A stretch of 43,273 nucleotides of DNA from an uncultured Gammaproteobacteria bacterium (GCA_964598275.1 CAZRAZ010000002.1:4018-47290); one strand, 5' to 3'; shown: positions 34,382-42,591, counted from the first letter of the stretch. Notes: generated by a model not told the origin, from the sequence alone. Numbers and translations are program-made.

Positions 34382-35366
34382 GACCTTTGGCTGCGTTCAA
34401 AATCAGGCTGATTCGGAAAGAGTAAAGGCTTTTTATGAGGATTTGGGTTATGAAGAAGTTGGCGACTGGAAAAAAGCGAATTTAGTAATTATTAATAGTT
34501 GTGTGGTGCGCGAGTCGGCGGAAAATAGAGTTTATGGGTTAATAAACAATATTCTCAATTTTGATAAAAAAATAAAAATTGTTTTAACGGGATGTTTGGC
34601 CGGTTTGAAAAGAGCAAAAGTTTTGGCTGATAAAGTTGAAATATTACCAATTTCTGATATTTCTTATGAGATTGAACCTCTAAGAAGCGCAAAGGAAACT
34701 GCGTTGATCCCGATAAGTTCCGGCTGTGATAATTTTTGTTCTTTTTGTATAGTCCCCTACGCCAGAGGCAGAGAAAAATCGAAAAGTGAGGGGAAAATTT
34801 TGGCAGAAATTGATAAAGCAATTGAAAATGGTTTTAAAAAAGTAATGCTAATCGGACAAAATGTAAATTCTTATAGAAAAGGCGGGTTTGTAAAACTGCT
34901 TGAAAAAGTGGCAAAAAAGAAATTAGAAAAAATATCTTTTATCAGCAGTAATCCCTGGGATTTTTCTGATGAGTTAGTTGAGACTATTTCTAAAAATAAA
35001 AACATAGATCGATTGATTCATCTGCCTTTACAGTCAGGAGATGACAAAATATTGAAAAAAATGAAGCGAAAATACAGCGCCGAGCAATATCTTAACTTAG
35101 TCAGAAAAATCAGAAAAAGGATTGACGGGGTGACTTTTAGCACCGACATATTAATCGGATTTCCGGGAGAAGATAAAAAAGCTTTCGAAAACACAGTTGA
35201 GTTGTGTAAAAAAGTCGGTTTTAAAACAGCTTATTTAAATAAATATTCACCAAGAGCGGGAACGGTATCGGCCAGGCTTTACAAAGATGATGTGCCGACG
35301 GAAGAAAAAAAAAGAAGGTGGCGAGCGCTGGACAAATTAGTTAATAAAAGAAATCATCTTAAATAG
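34338..35366 (+). CDS. Radical-SAM methylthiotransferase (MiaB/RimO family) lacking a TRAM domain
   Basis: IKTFGCVQNQADSERV (UPF0004 N-domain), the radical-SAM cluster SSGCDNFCSFCIVPYARG, and IGFPGE. The protein ends soon after the radical-SAM core. The start is uncertain (TTG 34338, TTG 34347 or GVG-type GTG 34353), and all three candidates lie inside the upstream gene. Confidence 0.75.
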   Translation: MLKLAVLKDKKIFIKTFGCVQNQADSERVKAFYEDLGYEEVGDWKKANLVIINSCVVRESAENRVYGLINNILNFDKKIKIVLTGCLAGLKRAKVLADKVEILPISDISYEIEPLRSAKETALIPISSGCDNFCSFCIVPYARGREKSKSEGKILAEIDKAIENGFKKVMLIGQNVNSYRKGGFVKLLEKVAKKKLEKISFISSNPWDFSDELVETISKNKNIDRLIHLPLQSGDDKILKKMKRKYSAEQYLNLVRKIRKRIDGVTFSTDILIGFPGEDKKAFENTVELCKKVGFKTAYLNKYSPRAGTVSARLYKDDVPTEEKKRRWRALDKLVNKRNHLK

Positions 35367-36298
35367 TCGGAGATGTTTTGGTTGTGCTCTTCCAGACTTT
35401 TGGCGTAATGTATTTGGCCGGAATTATCGGAAATATAGTAGAGATAGTCGGAGGCGGTGGGATGATAAACGGCAAAAAGTGAATCAAAACCGGGGTTGCA
35501 AATCGGACCGGGGGGAAGGCCGGGAGAAAGGTAGGTGTTGTAGGGAGATTTGAGAGAAAGATTGGCCTTAGAGACCGGCAACCAGTATTGGTCGGGTTTG
35601 GGAAAAAGAGAGTCCCGGACATATTGGACAGTGGCATCGACTTGAAGCGGCATGGATAAACTTAATCGGTTAAAGATAATACCGGCCATAATTTGCTTAT
35701 CTCCCAAAGATTTGGCTTCTCTTTCAAGTAAGGAGGCAATGATAAGAAAATCGGAGGTGGATAGTTTTGATTCAAAAGTGGCTGATTGAGAAGCCTTATC
35801 TATATTTTTCTGGAAATTTTGGTCGATTAAAGCAAGAATTTGATCGAGATTGTAATAATCAGGTAGAAGATAACTGTCGGGAAAGAGGTAGCCTTCTTTG
35901 GAATCAGGAAGAGAAAACTTGTTGTCGAGAGCCTGCTCGACTTGATCCAGGCGCCAACCGGGCAGTATTTTTAACCAATAGTCATGACTGCCGCCGCTTG
36001 AAAGTTTGGTAATTATTTGTCTGACTGACAGGGAAGGAGAGAGGCGAAAGCCACCGGCCTGGAGTTTATTATTTAAACCCAAAAGAAAGGATTGGACCAT
36101 AAAAATCTGGGGCTGACGGATAAGTTGGTTTTGGTGAAGACGGCTGGCAATAGTGGAAAAACTGTCGCCTTGATTGATAACAAAGGTAGCGTCGGGAGAC
36201 GATTGTTTGAGCATGGGACGGGAATTGAAAATAAAAAAAATGAGGGCTGAAAAACTAATGGCTAAAACAGAAAAAAGAACAACCAGGCCCCTTTTCAT
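35354..36298 (-). CDS. mltG: Endolytic murein transglycosylase MltG (YceG-like)
   Basis: N-terminal TM, IASLLEREA (catalytic Glu region), and YNTYLSPGLPPGPICNPG, which is the YceG signature. Confidence 0.88.
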   Translation of the reverse strand: MKRGLVVLFSVLAISFSALIFFIFNSRPMLKQSSPDATFVINQGDSFSTIASRLHQNQLIRQPQIFMVQSFLLGLNNKLQAGGFRLSPSLSVRQIITKLSSGGSHDYWLKILPGWRLDQVEQALDNKFSLPDSKEGYLFPDSYLLPDYYNLDQILALIDQNFQKNIDKASQSATFESKLSTSDFLIIASLLEREAKSLGDKQIMAGIIFNRLSLSMPLQVDATVQYVRDSLFPKPDQYWLPVSKANLSLKSPYNTYLSPGLPPGPICNPGFDSLFAVYHPTASDYLYYISDNSGQIHYAKSLEEHNQNISDYLR

Positions 36299-36495
36299 TA
36301 AATTTCGTCGAAAAGAGCCCGACGGAATGAATTTTTCTTAGAATCGTGGATAAAAATACGGCCACAGCGACAAGTGACGGTAGTTTTGCCTTTGACATCT
36401 TTTGTTTTACCTTTGGCAAGCGGAGTGCCACAGCTACCACAACGGCCTTGGGAAATAAGGTAGGCCTGAACCGGAGCGATGAGGTTTTTGAACAT
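36298..36495 (-). CDS. Small Zn-ribbon protein (65 aa), function unknown
   Basis: CGSCGTPL...18 aa...CRCGRIF. The stop shares one base with the mltG ATG (TAATG). It occupies the slot between ruvX and mltG. Confidence 0.55.
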   Translation of the reverse strand: MFKNLIAPVQAYLISQGRCGSCGTPLAKGKTKDVKGKTTVTCRCGRIFIHDSKKNSFRRALFDEI

Positions 36496-36526
36496 ATTTT
36501 TTAAATGAAGTAATTAATCCATTATA

Positions 36527-36901
36527 CTATATTTGGACGCGGCGCAAGATGACAGCGGCTGAGATAGAATTGATTTTGTTTTTGTAATCTTTTCTTTTGT
36601 TTTTGTTAGTTAAAAAAATTTGATCGGCTTCAATGGTGGAAGCGGTCTCTTCAACGGTTTGGATGGGTAAAGAAATTTGAGATTTTAATTTCTTGATGAA
36701 TTTTTTGGTCAACAGAGCAATGGAGCCCTGGCAAAGACCAATATAGATTTTTCCTATTTGATACTGCCGACATATTTGGACAATGTCAACAAAGGCCTGA
36801 TCGTTGTTGTCAACTGTGTTTAGGGGAGAAATAATGCCTTTAATGGAAACGGCCAAGCCGATTTTTTTGGTACCAAAGTCAAGACCAAGTAGGTTTTTCA
36901 T
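36527..36901 (-). CDS. ruvX: Holliday-junction resolvase-like nuclease RuvX (YqgF)
   Basis: MKNLLGLDFGTKKIGLAVS is the YqgF N-terminal motif. 124 aa. Confidence 0.85.
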   Translation of the reverse strand: MKNLLGLDFGTKKIGLAVSIKGIISPLNTVDNNDQAFVDIVQICRQYQIGKIYIGLCQGSIALLTKKFIKKLKSQISLPIQTVEETASTIEADQIFLTNKNKRKDYKNKINSISAAVILRRVQI

Positions 36902-36902
36902 T

Positions 36903-37634
36903 TTAAAAATCGACGACGCGGGCGCGAATAATAAGTCGGCGCAAATAGGTACCCGGAGGCGAACAAGTAATTAAGGTAAGGTAACGGCCATCAAATCGTT
37001 GTTCCAAAACCGAAAGATCGGTGGGGGTAACTTCGTACATTTCTTCGATCAGATAACGGTATTGGGTTTGGTCGTATTTGAGAATAATTTCGTCACCTTG
37101 GTTGAGTTTAAAAAGGGTGGAAAAGATAGTCAAATATGATTTGGGGTTAAAAAATTGAGGTAAAACGGAGTGGCCAAAAACAACGGTATTGCCTAATTGT
37201 CCGGGAAGAGCAGTGTTGGGATATTGAATTAAGCTTTTTTTTAGGTCCATACTGCCAACGCTGACAATGGCATCTGCTATTTTTAGTTTTGGAATAGTAA
37301 AAAGATAGGTCTGTTCACTTTGGCTGTTGAGGATCTTGGACTGGTCGGCGTCGGTTTTGATAAACCAATTTGAAAGTTGAGTGTAATCGGCATCGACAGT
37401 GCCCAGAATGTTATCGCTACGATTGTAGAAACGGGTAGAGAGGGGGTTTTTCAGCTGGCCAAATTGGGTGGAATAGCCAAGTTGATAGTTTAAAATGGGA
37501 AAAATGGCGGAAGCAAAAAGAAGACTGCCGGCGCCAAACAAAAGAGAAGCAAATCTTTTTTTGGTTTTTGGTTGGAATTTGAACCGAGAAGAAGACGGCG
37601 GCGATGGGGGTTTTTTGATGTAAGAGTAGCTCAT
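36903..37634 (-). CDS. Sortase-family transpeptidase
   Basis: N-terminal TM (LLFGAGSLLFASAIFPIL). Catalytic triad context: VVFGHS (His155), TLITCSPPG (Cys224), LRRLIIRA (Arg). ATGA overlap with the upstream 724-aa gene. Confidence 0.85.
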   Translation of the reverse strand: MSYSYIKKPPSPPSSSRFKFQPKTKKRFASLLFGAGSLLFASAIFPILNYQLGYSTQFGQLKNPLSTRFYNRSDNILGTVDADYTQLSNWFIKTDADQSKILNSQSEQTYLFTIPKLKIADAIVSVGSMDLKKSLIQYPNTALPGQLGNTVVFGHSVLPQFFNPKSYLTIFSTLFKLNQGDEIILKYDQTQYRYLIEEMYEVTPTDLSVLEQRFDGRYLTLITCSPPGTYLRRLIIRARVVDF

Positions 37635-39805
37635 GGTGATTCCGATTTGACGGTAATAAAGATGCGCCTGGGATTAAAAGGCAGGGGATTAAAATCTTTT
37701 AAGAAATCCCAGTTCGTTTTAAGATTATAATTGTAAGTACGGGGAATTTGTTGTCTGATTATCCGATCAAGTTGACTGGGTCTTCGACCCTTTATTTGTT
37801 TTTTTAGGGCGGGAATATCAACTTGTGGTAAGGATTGTCCCTGAATGGAGAGGGTGGCGGTGGCGGTATCGGTTTGAAGCTTTTGAATTTCAAAGCTTAG
37901 ATTGAAAAGATCGGGATCAATTTGGCTTTGAGAAAAATTTTCTTCGGAAGCAAGAAAGCCGGTAACGATAGACCGGCTATGCTCTGGCAAGAGGGAAAAA
38001 ACAGTAACGGCGCTGGTAACAGAGGCGGTGATATTTTCGGCAGCTTCGCCCAATTCCCGACTGTAATCAAGTCTGCCGGAAGCGATTTGAAGGCTGGATA
38101 AAATAGTTTGATCGTATTTTTTTATTTCCTGATCAAGCGAATCTTTGACGGCTTGTTCTATTTTTTGTTTGAGAAGATCTTTGTCTGCTTGGGAAACGGC
38201 AGCAATTTGACTCCTGCTACCACCGGAAAAAGAGCTAACGGTTCGGGCGACAAGCAGGTCAGAAGAAATATCGACAAAAGTTAAGTCGACAGATTGATCG
38301 ATGTTGTACTCGGGGCCAATGTCGGCGGCGACAATCGAGGCCTTGGTTTGACCTAGGGTGATAAGCCCCCGGTCAAGGTCGGAACTGGCGGCAGAAACGG
38401 AAACAGGGTTGGTTAAATAAAACTTTCTGTTCTGCGGATCGGTTAAAATTTGGCTGGAATCTAACTTTTGGACGGTTGATTGTTTGTTGTAGATTTTTAT
38501 TTCTCCTCTGGCCTTTTCGCCAACTTCTTTGGTGCCGGTAGTAATGGCGTCGACGGAAGAATCAACCGTAAAATCATTTTTTTTGACAGGAATGGTTTTG
38601 TTTTCGACTGAAACGGAATCAGCGGTGGAATCGAGAGTAACTTCCAGTTCTTTTTTGAAGTCGTAGGGAGTGACAAAAATTGTCAGATCGACAGATGATA
38701 AAAAAAAGGGCAAGAGAATAAGCAGGGGGGAGAAGGCCAGAGAAAGAAAAAAAAGACGATGAGGAATTTTTTTAAAAAAAGAAAAGGAAAAACGGAAACG
38801 AGAGGTTTTTATTTTGGGAGGATGGGGAGAGAGCGGAAGGGTGATAGGGGCTGTAGCGATAATCGGAGCAGGCGGAGTAGAATCGGGAAAAATTGGAGGG
38901 AGGTGGGATGAGGAAAGGGGTGAGAGAGGAAGAGAATCATCCCGGTCGGGTGCCGGAGTAAAAAATCCCAAGTCGGCAGCAGAAACCGATTGGAGAGAAG
39001 AGTCAGAAAAGGAAGAATCATCGGGGGTAGAACCAGAGAGAGAGTCGTCAGAGATTTCGTCGTGGTCGAGATTAATATTTTGGGGTTGAATTTGGGAAGC
39101 GACAACGGCGGTATAAATGGCAATAACCTTGGCCTGGTCGTAGGCAAGAATTTGAGGAATATGGAGAAAAGACGAAGGCTGATTAGGGTTTGTCCAGGAG
39201 TAATGGCTGATTTCATCGACAAGAGAAGGGTCATAAGAACCCTGGATAATAATTTGGGGGGGTAAATTTGACTGATGTCTTAGTTCGTTTAGCATAGAGG
39301 CTAAAATAGAAGCAGAAAATGGCGGGGAGAAATTTTTTAGGATACGGTCCTTGATCTTACCTAAATAGATCAAGGATAAACTGGCGGTATTATCATCAAG
39401 GTTTAGTAAAACAAAACTGGCGGGAAAACCGTCGTCCTGGTTGGCAAACTCGGCCATGGCTTCGTCGGCGGCAATAAAACCTAAAGGTATTAACTTTAAT
39501 TTTTTACAAACCTGTTCGATTAATTTTTGTTTTGTTTTTTCGATTTTGCCGTCTCTCGAGAGCCAAAAGTGGGGCAAAATAAAGGCGGAGTGGGAAGGTT
39601 CTGCCGCTTCGGAAAGAGAGGCCAGAGAAGCGGCTTTTGATAAAGATTGATCAATGGCGTTTAAAAATTGATCAGGGGCGTCGGCAGAGGCAGAAACGAC
39701 AGACCCGATTGATTCAACCTGATATTTTTGCTGATTAAAAGTGGCCAGACTAACAACCAGATGATGATTGTTAACCGAAATCAACCAAAAACTTTTTGTA
39801 GCCAT
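37631..39805 (-). CDS. Large bitopic protein: globular cytoplasmic N-domain, Ser/Pro/Asp-rich linker, TM, ~350-aa beta-rich extracytoplasmic domain
   Basis: 724 aa. Linker at aa ~245-335 (DDSLSGSTPDDSSFSDSS...PPAPIIATAPITLPLSPHPP). TM segment LFFLSLAFSPLLILLPFFLSS (aa ~351-371). No family recognised with confidence. Confidence 0.6.
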   Translation of the reverse strand: MATKSFWLISVNNHHLVVSLATFNQQKYQVESIGSVVSASADAPDQFLNAIDQSLSKAASLASLSEAAEPSHSAFILPHFWLSRDGKIEKTKQKLIEQVCKKLKLIPLGFIAADEAMAEFANQDDGFPASFVLLNLDDNTASLSLIYLGKIKDRILKNFSPPFSASILASMLNELRHQSNLPPQIIIQGSYDPSLVDEISHYSWTNPNQPSSFLHIPQILAYDQAKVIAIYTAVVASQIQPQNINLDHDEISDDSLSGSTPDDSSFSDSSLQSVSAADLGFFTPAPDRDDSLPLSPLSSSHLPPIFPDSTPPAPIIATAPITLPLSPHPPKIKTSRFRFSFSFFKKIPHRLFFLSLAFSPLLILLPFFLSSVDLTIFVTPYDFKKELEVTLDSTADSVSVENKTIPVKKNDFTVDSSVDAITTGTKEVGEKARGEIKIYNKQSTVQKLDSSQILTDPQNRKFYLTNPVSVSAASSDLDRGLITLGQTKASIVAADIGPEYNIDQSVDLTFVDISSDLLVARTVSSFSGGSRSQIAAVSQADKDLLKQKIEQAVKDSLDQEIKKYDQTILSSLQIASGRLDYSRELGEAAENITASVTSAVTVFSLLPEHSRSIVTGFLASEENFSQSQIDPDLFNLSFEIQKLQTDTATATLSIQGQSLPQVDIPALKKQIKGRRPSQLDRIIRQQIPRTYNYNLKTNWDFLKDFNPLPFNPRRIFITVKSESP

Positions 39806-39843
39806 TTAATAAGGATACTATAATTGAAGGCCTAAGGCCAAAT

Positions 39844-41637
39844 TTAGCCAAAAACGGCGTATAAACGACGCTTGCCGGAGCCGGAGGATTCTTGTTTGGT
39901 GATTTTTAAGGGCGGAATATCGGCTGTATTAGAAACATGCGGGCCGGCGCAAATTTCGCAAGAAAAAATTTTTTTATCTTGACCGACGGTGTAGACAGAA
40001 ACTATATCTGGGTATTTGGCCGAAAAAAAGGCTAGGGCGCCTTGTTTTTTGGCTTTGTCTAAAGATAGATTTTGACAAGTGATAGAAAGACCGGCAGAAA
40101 TTTGTTGATTGATTAAACTTTCAACTTTTTTGATTTGCTCGTCACCAAGTTTGTCGGGGTGAATAAAGTCGAAACGAAGACGTTTATCAGTAATGTTGGA
40201 GCCAACTTGGGAAACGTGGCCGCCTAAAACTTGCCTTAAGGCGGAATGAAGCAGATGGGTGGCGCTGTGATATTTGATAATAATGTCAGAATGATCAGCT
40301 AATCCACTTTTAAATTTGCCGGCAGAAAGAGTGCGGGACAAATTGATATGACTGGTTTTGGCATTATTAAATTGATCAACAAAATTGGCCGATAAACGAT
40401 AGTTTCTTTTTTTGGCTTCTTCTTTGATCAGTTCTAGAGGAAAACCAAAACTTTGGTAAACATTAAAAGCATTTAGACCGGAAAGATTTTTGTCTGCTAT
40501 CAGTTTATTAATTTCCCGCAGTCCTTTATTCAGGGTATGACGGAAACGATTTTCTTCTTGGACTAAAACATCAATTATCTGCCGGCGGTTTTGAAAAAGT
40601 TCGGGATAATCACCGGCATAATTGTCTTGATTATCAATAACGGCAGAGGCAAACTGATCAATAAAATTGCAATTGATAGCCAAGTCTTTGGCTTGGACAA
40701 TGGCCCGACGGATAAGACGGCGAAGGACGTAGCCGGTTTCCTTGTTGCCCGGTTCGACACCGTCGCCAGTAACAAAAACGGCAGAACGAAGATGATCAAC
40801 AATGATACGCATTGGAGTTTTGTTTTGAGCCTGTTGGTACGATCGGCCAGTGATCTCTTCAATTTTTTTGACCAAGGGAAGAAAAATAGGGCTAAGATAA
40901 TTATCATCAAGACCATTGAGAATGGCCACGGTTCTTTCTACCCCCATGCCGGTATCAATGTTGGGAGAAGTCGCTTTAAGATAGGAACCATCGGTCTTTT
41001 TTAGATAAGACATAAAAACGCTATTCCAAATTTCTACATATCGGCCCTGACGACAACCGTCGACAAAATTAACGGCCGACTCGGCAGGCCGGGTGTCGAC
41101 AAACATTTCGCTGTCAGGACCGCAAGGACCGGTATCACCGACCGGACCCCACCAATTGTCTTTTTTGGGTAAAAAATGAATGCGAGAGGGGTCAATGCCA
41201 AGACCTTGCCAAAGAGAGGCAACGGGCGTATCTTTGGGAGCGGCAGAGTCGCCGGCAAAACAAGTGACGTGAAGATTTTTTGGGTTTATTTTTAAATTTT
41301 GAGTAAGAAACTCCAAATTCCAGGGAATCATTTGGCGGTAATCGTAATCACCTAAGGACCAATTGCCTAGCATTTCAAAAAAAGTATGATGAAAGGCATC
41401 ACCCACCTCATCAATATCACAGGTGCGCAGACATTTTTGGACATTGACCAGGCGTTTGCCCAAAGGATGGGACTGACCAAGAAGGTAGGGAGTTAAGGGG
41501 TGCATGCCGGCGGAGATGAAAAGGGCAGAAGGATCGTTTTCGGGAATAAGGGAGGCGGAAGGAATCTCCTGGTGACCTTGGGCTTTAAAAAAATCAAAAA
41601 AACTGTTTTTTAGGCTTTTGGCAGTAATAATTCCCAT
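39844..41637 (-). CDS. alaS: Alanine--tRNA ligase, short form (597 aa, no C-Ala domain)
   Basis: FFDFFKAQGHQEIPSASLIPENDPSALFISAGMHP, YVEIWNSVFMSY, the editing-domain motifs HSATHLLHSAL and CAGPHV. Ends ...SGSGKRRLYAVFG. Confidence 0.92.
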   Translation of the reverse strand: MGIITAKSLKNSFFDFFKAQGHQEIPSASLIPENDPSALFISAGMHPLTPYLLGQSHPLGKRLVNVQKCLRTCDIDEVGDAFHHTFFEMLGNWSLGDYDYRQMIPWNLEFLTQNLKINPKNLHVTCFAGDSAAPKDTPVASLWQGLGIDPSRIHFLPKKDNWWGPVGDTGPCGPDSEMFVDTRPAESAVNFVDGCRQGRYVEIWNSVFMSYLKKTDGSYLKATSPNIDTGMGVERTVAILNGLDDNYLSPIFLPLVKKIEEITGRSYQQAQNKTPMRIIVDHLRSAVFVTGDGVEPGNKETGYVLRRLIRRAIVQAKDLAINCNFIDQFASAVIDNQDNYAGDYPELFQNRRQIIDVLVQEENRFRHTLNKGLREINKLIADKNLSGLNAFNVYQSFGFPLELIKEEAKKRNYRLSANFVDQFNNAKTSHINLSRTLSAGKFKSGLADHSDIIIKYHSATHLLHSALRQVLGGHVSQVGSNITDKRLRFDFIHPDKLGDEQIKKVESLINQQISAGLSITCQNLSLDKAKKQGALAFFSAKYPDIVSVYTVGQDKKIFSCEICAGPHVSNTADIPPLKITKQESSGSGKRRLYAVFG

Positions 41638-41642
41638 GGCTA

Positions 41643-41651
41643 ATTATAGCA
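41643..41651 (-). promoter_or_regulatory. Extended -10 element TGCTATAAT 5 nt upstream of alaS ATG; candidate leaderless promoter
   Basis: The reverse complement of 41643-41651 is TGCTATAAT. The spacer is TAGCC, then ATG(41637). Confidence 0.45.
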
Positions 41652-41693
41652 GGCTAAGAACGGGGCCCTACTTCGTCTTCGCTTCGCTTCGAG

Positions 41694-41984
41694 CTACGAA
41701 GGGCGGGGACGGACGAAGGTTTTGGGGCGGCGGGGACGACGGAGGGCGGGGGTGGCTTTGGCGACGACGATAGTTTTTGACGGAGGCGAAGAGATTTTTG
41801 AAGGGGGAGAGGCTTTGGTAGAACCGGAGACAATATCCTTGATTAAATCATTGAGCTTGTCGGCCAGCTCGTCAAAAACTTGCGGATTTCTTTTGTAAAG
41901 TAAAACAGCGATGACAAAACCGGCCAAAAGGCCAAAGATTAAACCAAGGGTAAAACCGGAAGAACGATTGTTTTGGTCTGACAT
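41694..41984 (-). CDS. YtxH-like small membrane-anchored protein
   Basis: GFTLGLIFGLLAGFVIAVLLY followed by a helical region, then a Pro/Arg-rich tail. The ATG shares one base with the upstream TAA. Confidence 0.6.
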   Translation of the reverse strand: MSDQNNRSSGFTLGLIFGLLAGFVIAVLLYKRNPQVFDELADKLNDLIKDIVSGSTKASPPSKISSPPSKTIVVAKATPALRRPRRPKTFVRPRPS

Positions 41985-42247
41985 TAATCTTGACTTGATT
42001 TTTTATTAGGAAATAATTTGTTAAAAAGTTGGAGGCCATTTTTGAAACCCATGATAAATTCGGAAATGGAAGAGGCAGGGGTGACAATGGCGCCGGTGAT
42101 GGTTTTGGTATCGTCGATAACGGCGTTGGCCTTTTTTAAGGTCGATTTGAGCTCTTTTAAGATTAAAATCAGCCAGATGCCGCAGACAACAACGATGACA
42201 GAAACGGAGATGATGCTAATGGCGACGATAAGTTGAGCAGTGTCCAT
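41984..42247 (-). CDS. DUF948-like small membrane protein
   Basis: N-terminal TM (LIVAISIISVSVIVVVCGIWLILIL) followed by KELKSTLKKANAVIDDTKTITG. I prefer ATG 42245-42247 over the ORF-track GTG at 42262. Confidence 0.55.
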   Translation of the reverse strand: MDTAQLIVAISIISVSVIVVVCGIWLILILKELKSTLKKANAVIDDTKTITGAIVTPASSISEFIMGFKNGLQLFNKLFPNKKSSQD

Positions 42248-42253
42248 ATAAAG

Positions 42254-42259
42254 AGTATA
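42254..42259 (-). promoter_or_regulatory. -10 box TATACT 6 nt upstream of ATG(42247)
   Basis: The reverse complement of 42254-42259 is TATACT. The spacer is CTTTAT, then ATG. Confidence 0.3.
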
Positions 42260-42280
42260 CACAAGTTTTGGCGGTTGTCA

Positions 42281-42559
42281 TTAATTTTGGCCGCGAGCAA
42301 CTGTATCTCTTACAGCGTTGAAAATTCTTTGATCGGCCATATCAAACTCTGGGCTGCCTTGATCGGTATAAAACCTATAAGCATGTTTTCTGGCCTGATC
42401 GGCTTTACCGTATTGTCCTTGTCCTTCAAATTTGGCGGCCAAATCACGGTAAGTTCTCTGTATCGCTAAAGCTATTACTTCTCTTGGTTTCAATCCAATC
42501 GATTGGTAATCGCGGGTTATTTCCCCAACATGTATTTGAACCATTTCTCTAATCGACAT
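42281..42559 (-). CDS. Hypothetical soluble 92-aa protein
   Basis: Clean ORF with non-repetitive sequence, no TM and no motif I recognise. It has its own -10 box. Confidence 0.5.
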   Translation of the reverse strand: MSIREMVQIHVGEITRDYQSIGLKPREVIALAIQRTYRDLAAKFEGQGQYGKADQARKHAYRFYTDQGSPEFDMADQRIFNAVRDTVARGQN

Positions 42560-42565
42560 AAGATG

Positions 42566-42574
42566 ATTATAACA
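42566..42574 (-). promoter_or_regulatory. Extended -10 element TGTTATAAT 6 nt upstream of ATG(42559); candidate leaderless promoter
   Basis: The reverse complement of 42566-42574 is TGTTATAAT. The spacer is CATCTT, then ATG. Confidence 0.45.
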
Positions 42575-42591
42575 AATTTTAATTGTCGTTT

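Noticed and set aside
38809-39265. Three overlapping 91-141-aa ORFs on both strands inside the 724-aa gene
   Set aside because: They coincide with the Ser/Pro/Asp-rich low-complexity linker, whose biased composition keeps several frames open. There are no independent start signals.
39806-39843. GGCCTAAGGCC near-palindrome between alaS and the 724-aa gene, as a possible terminator
   Set aside because: Only a 1-nt loop is possible, so it cannot fold as a hairpin, and there is no U-tract. TATAGT, 11 nt from the ATG, may be a promoter, but the evidence is weak.
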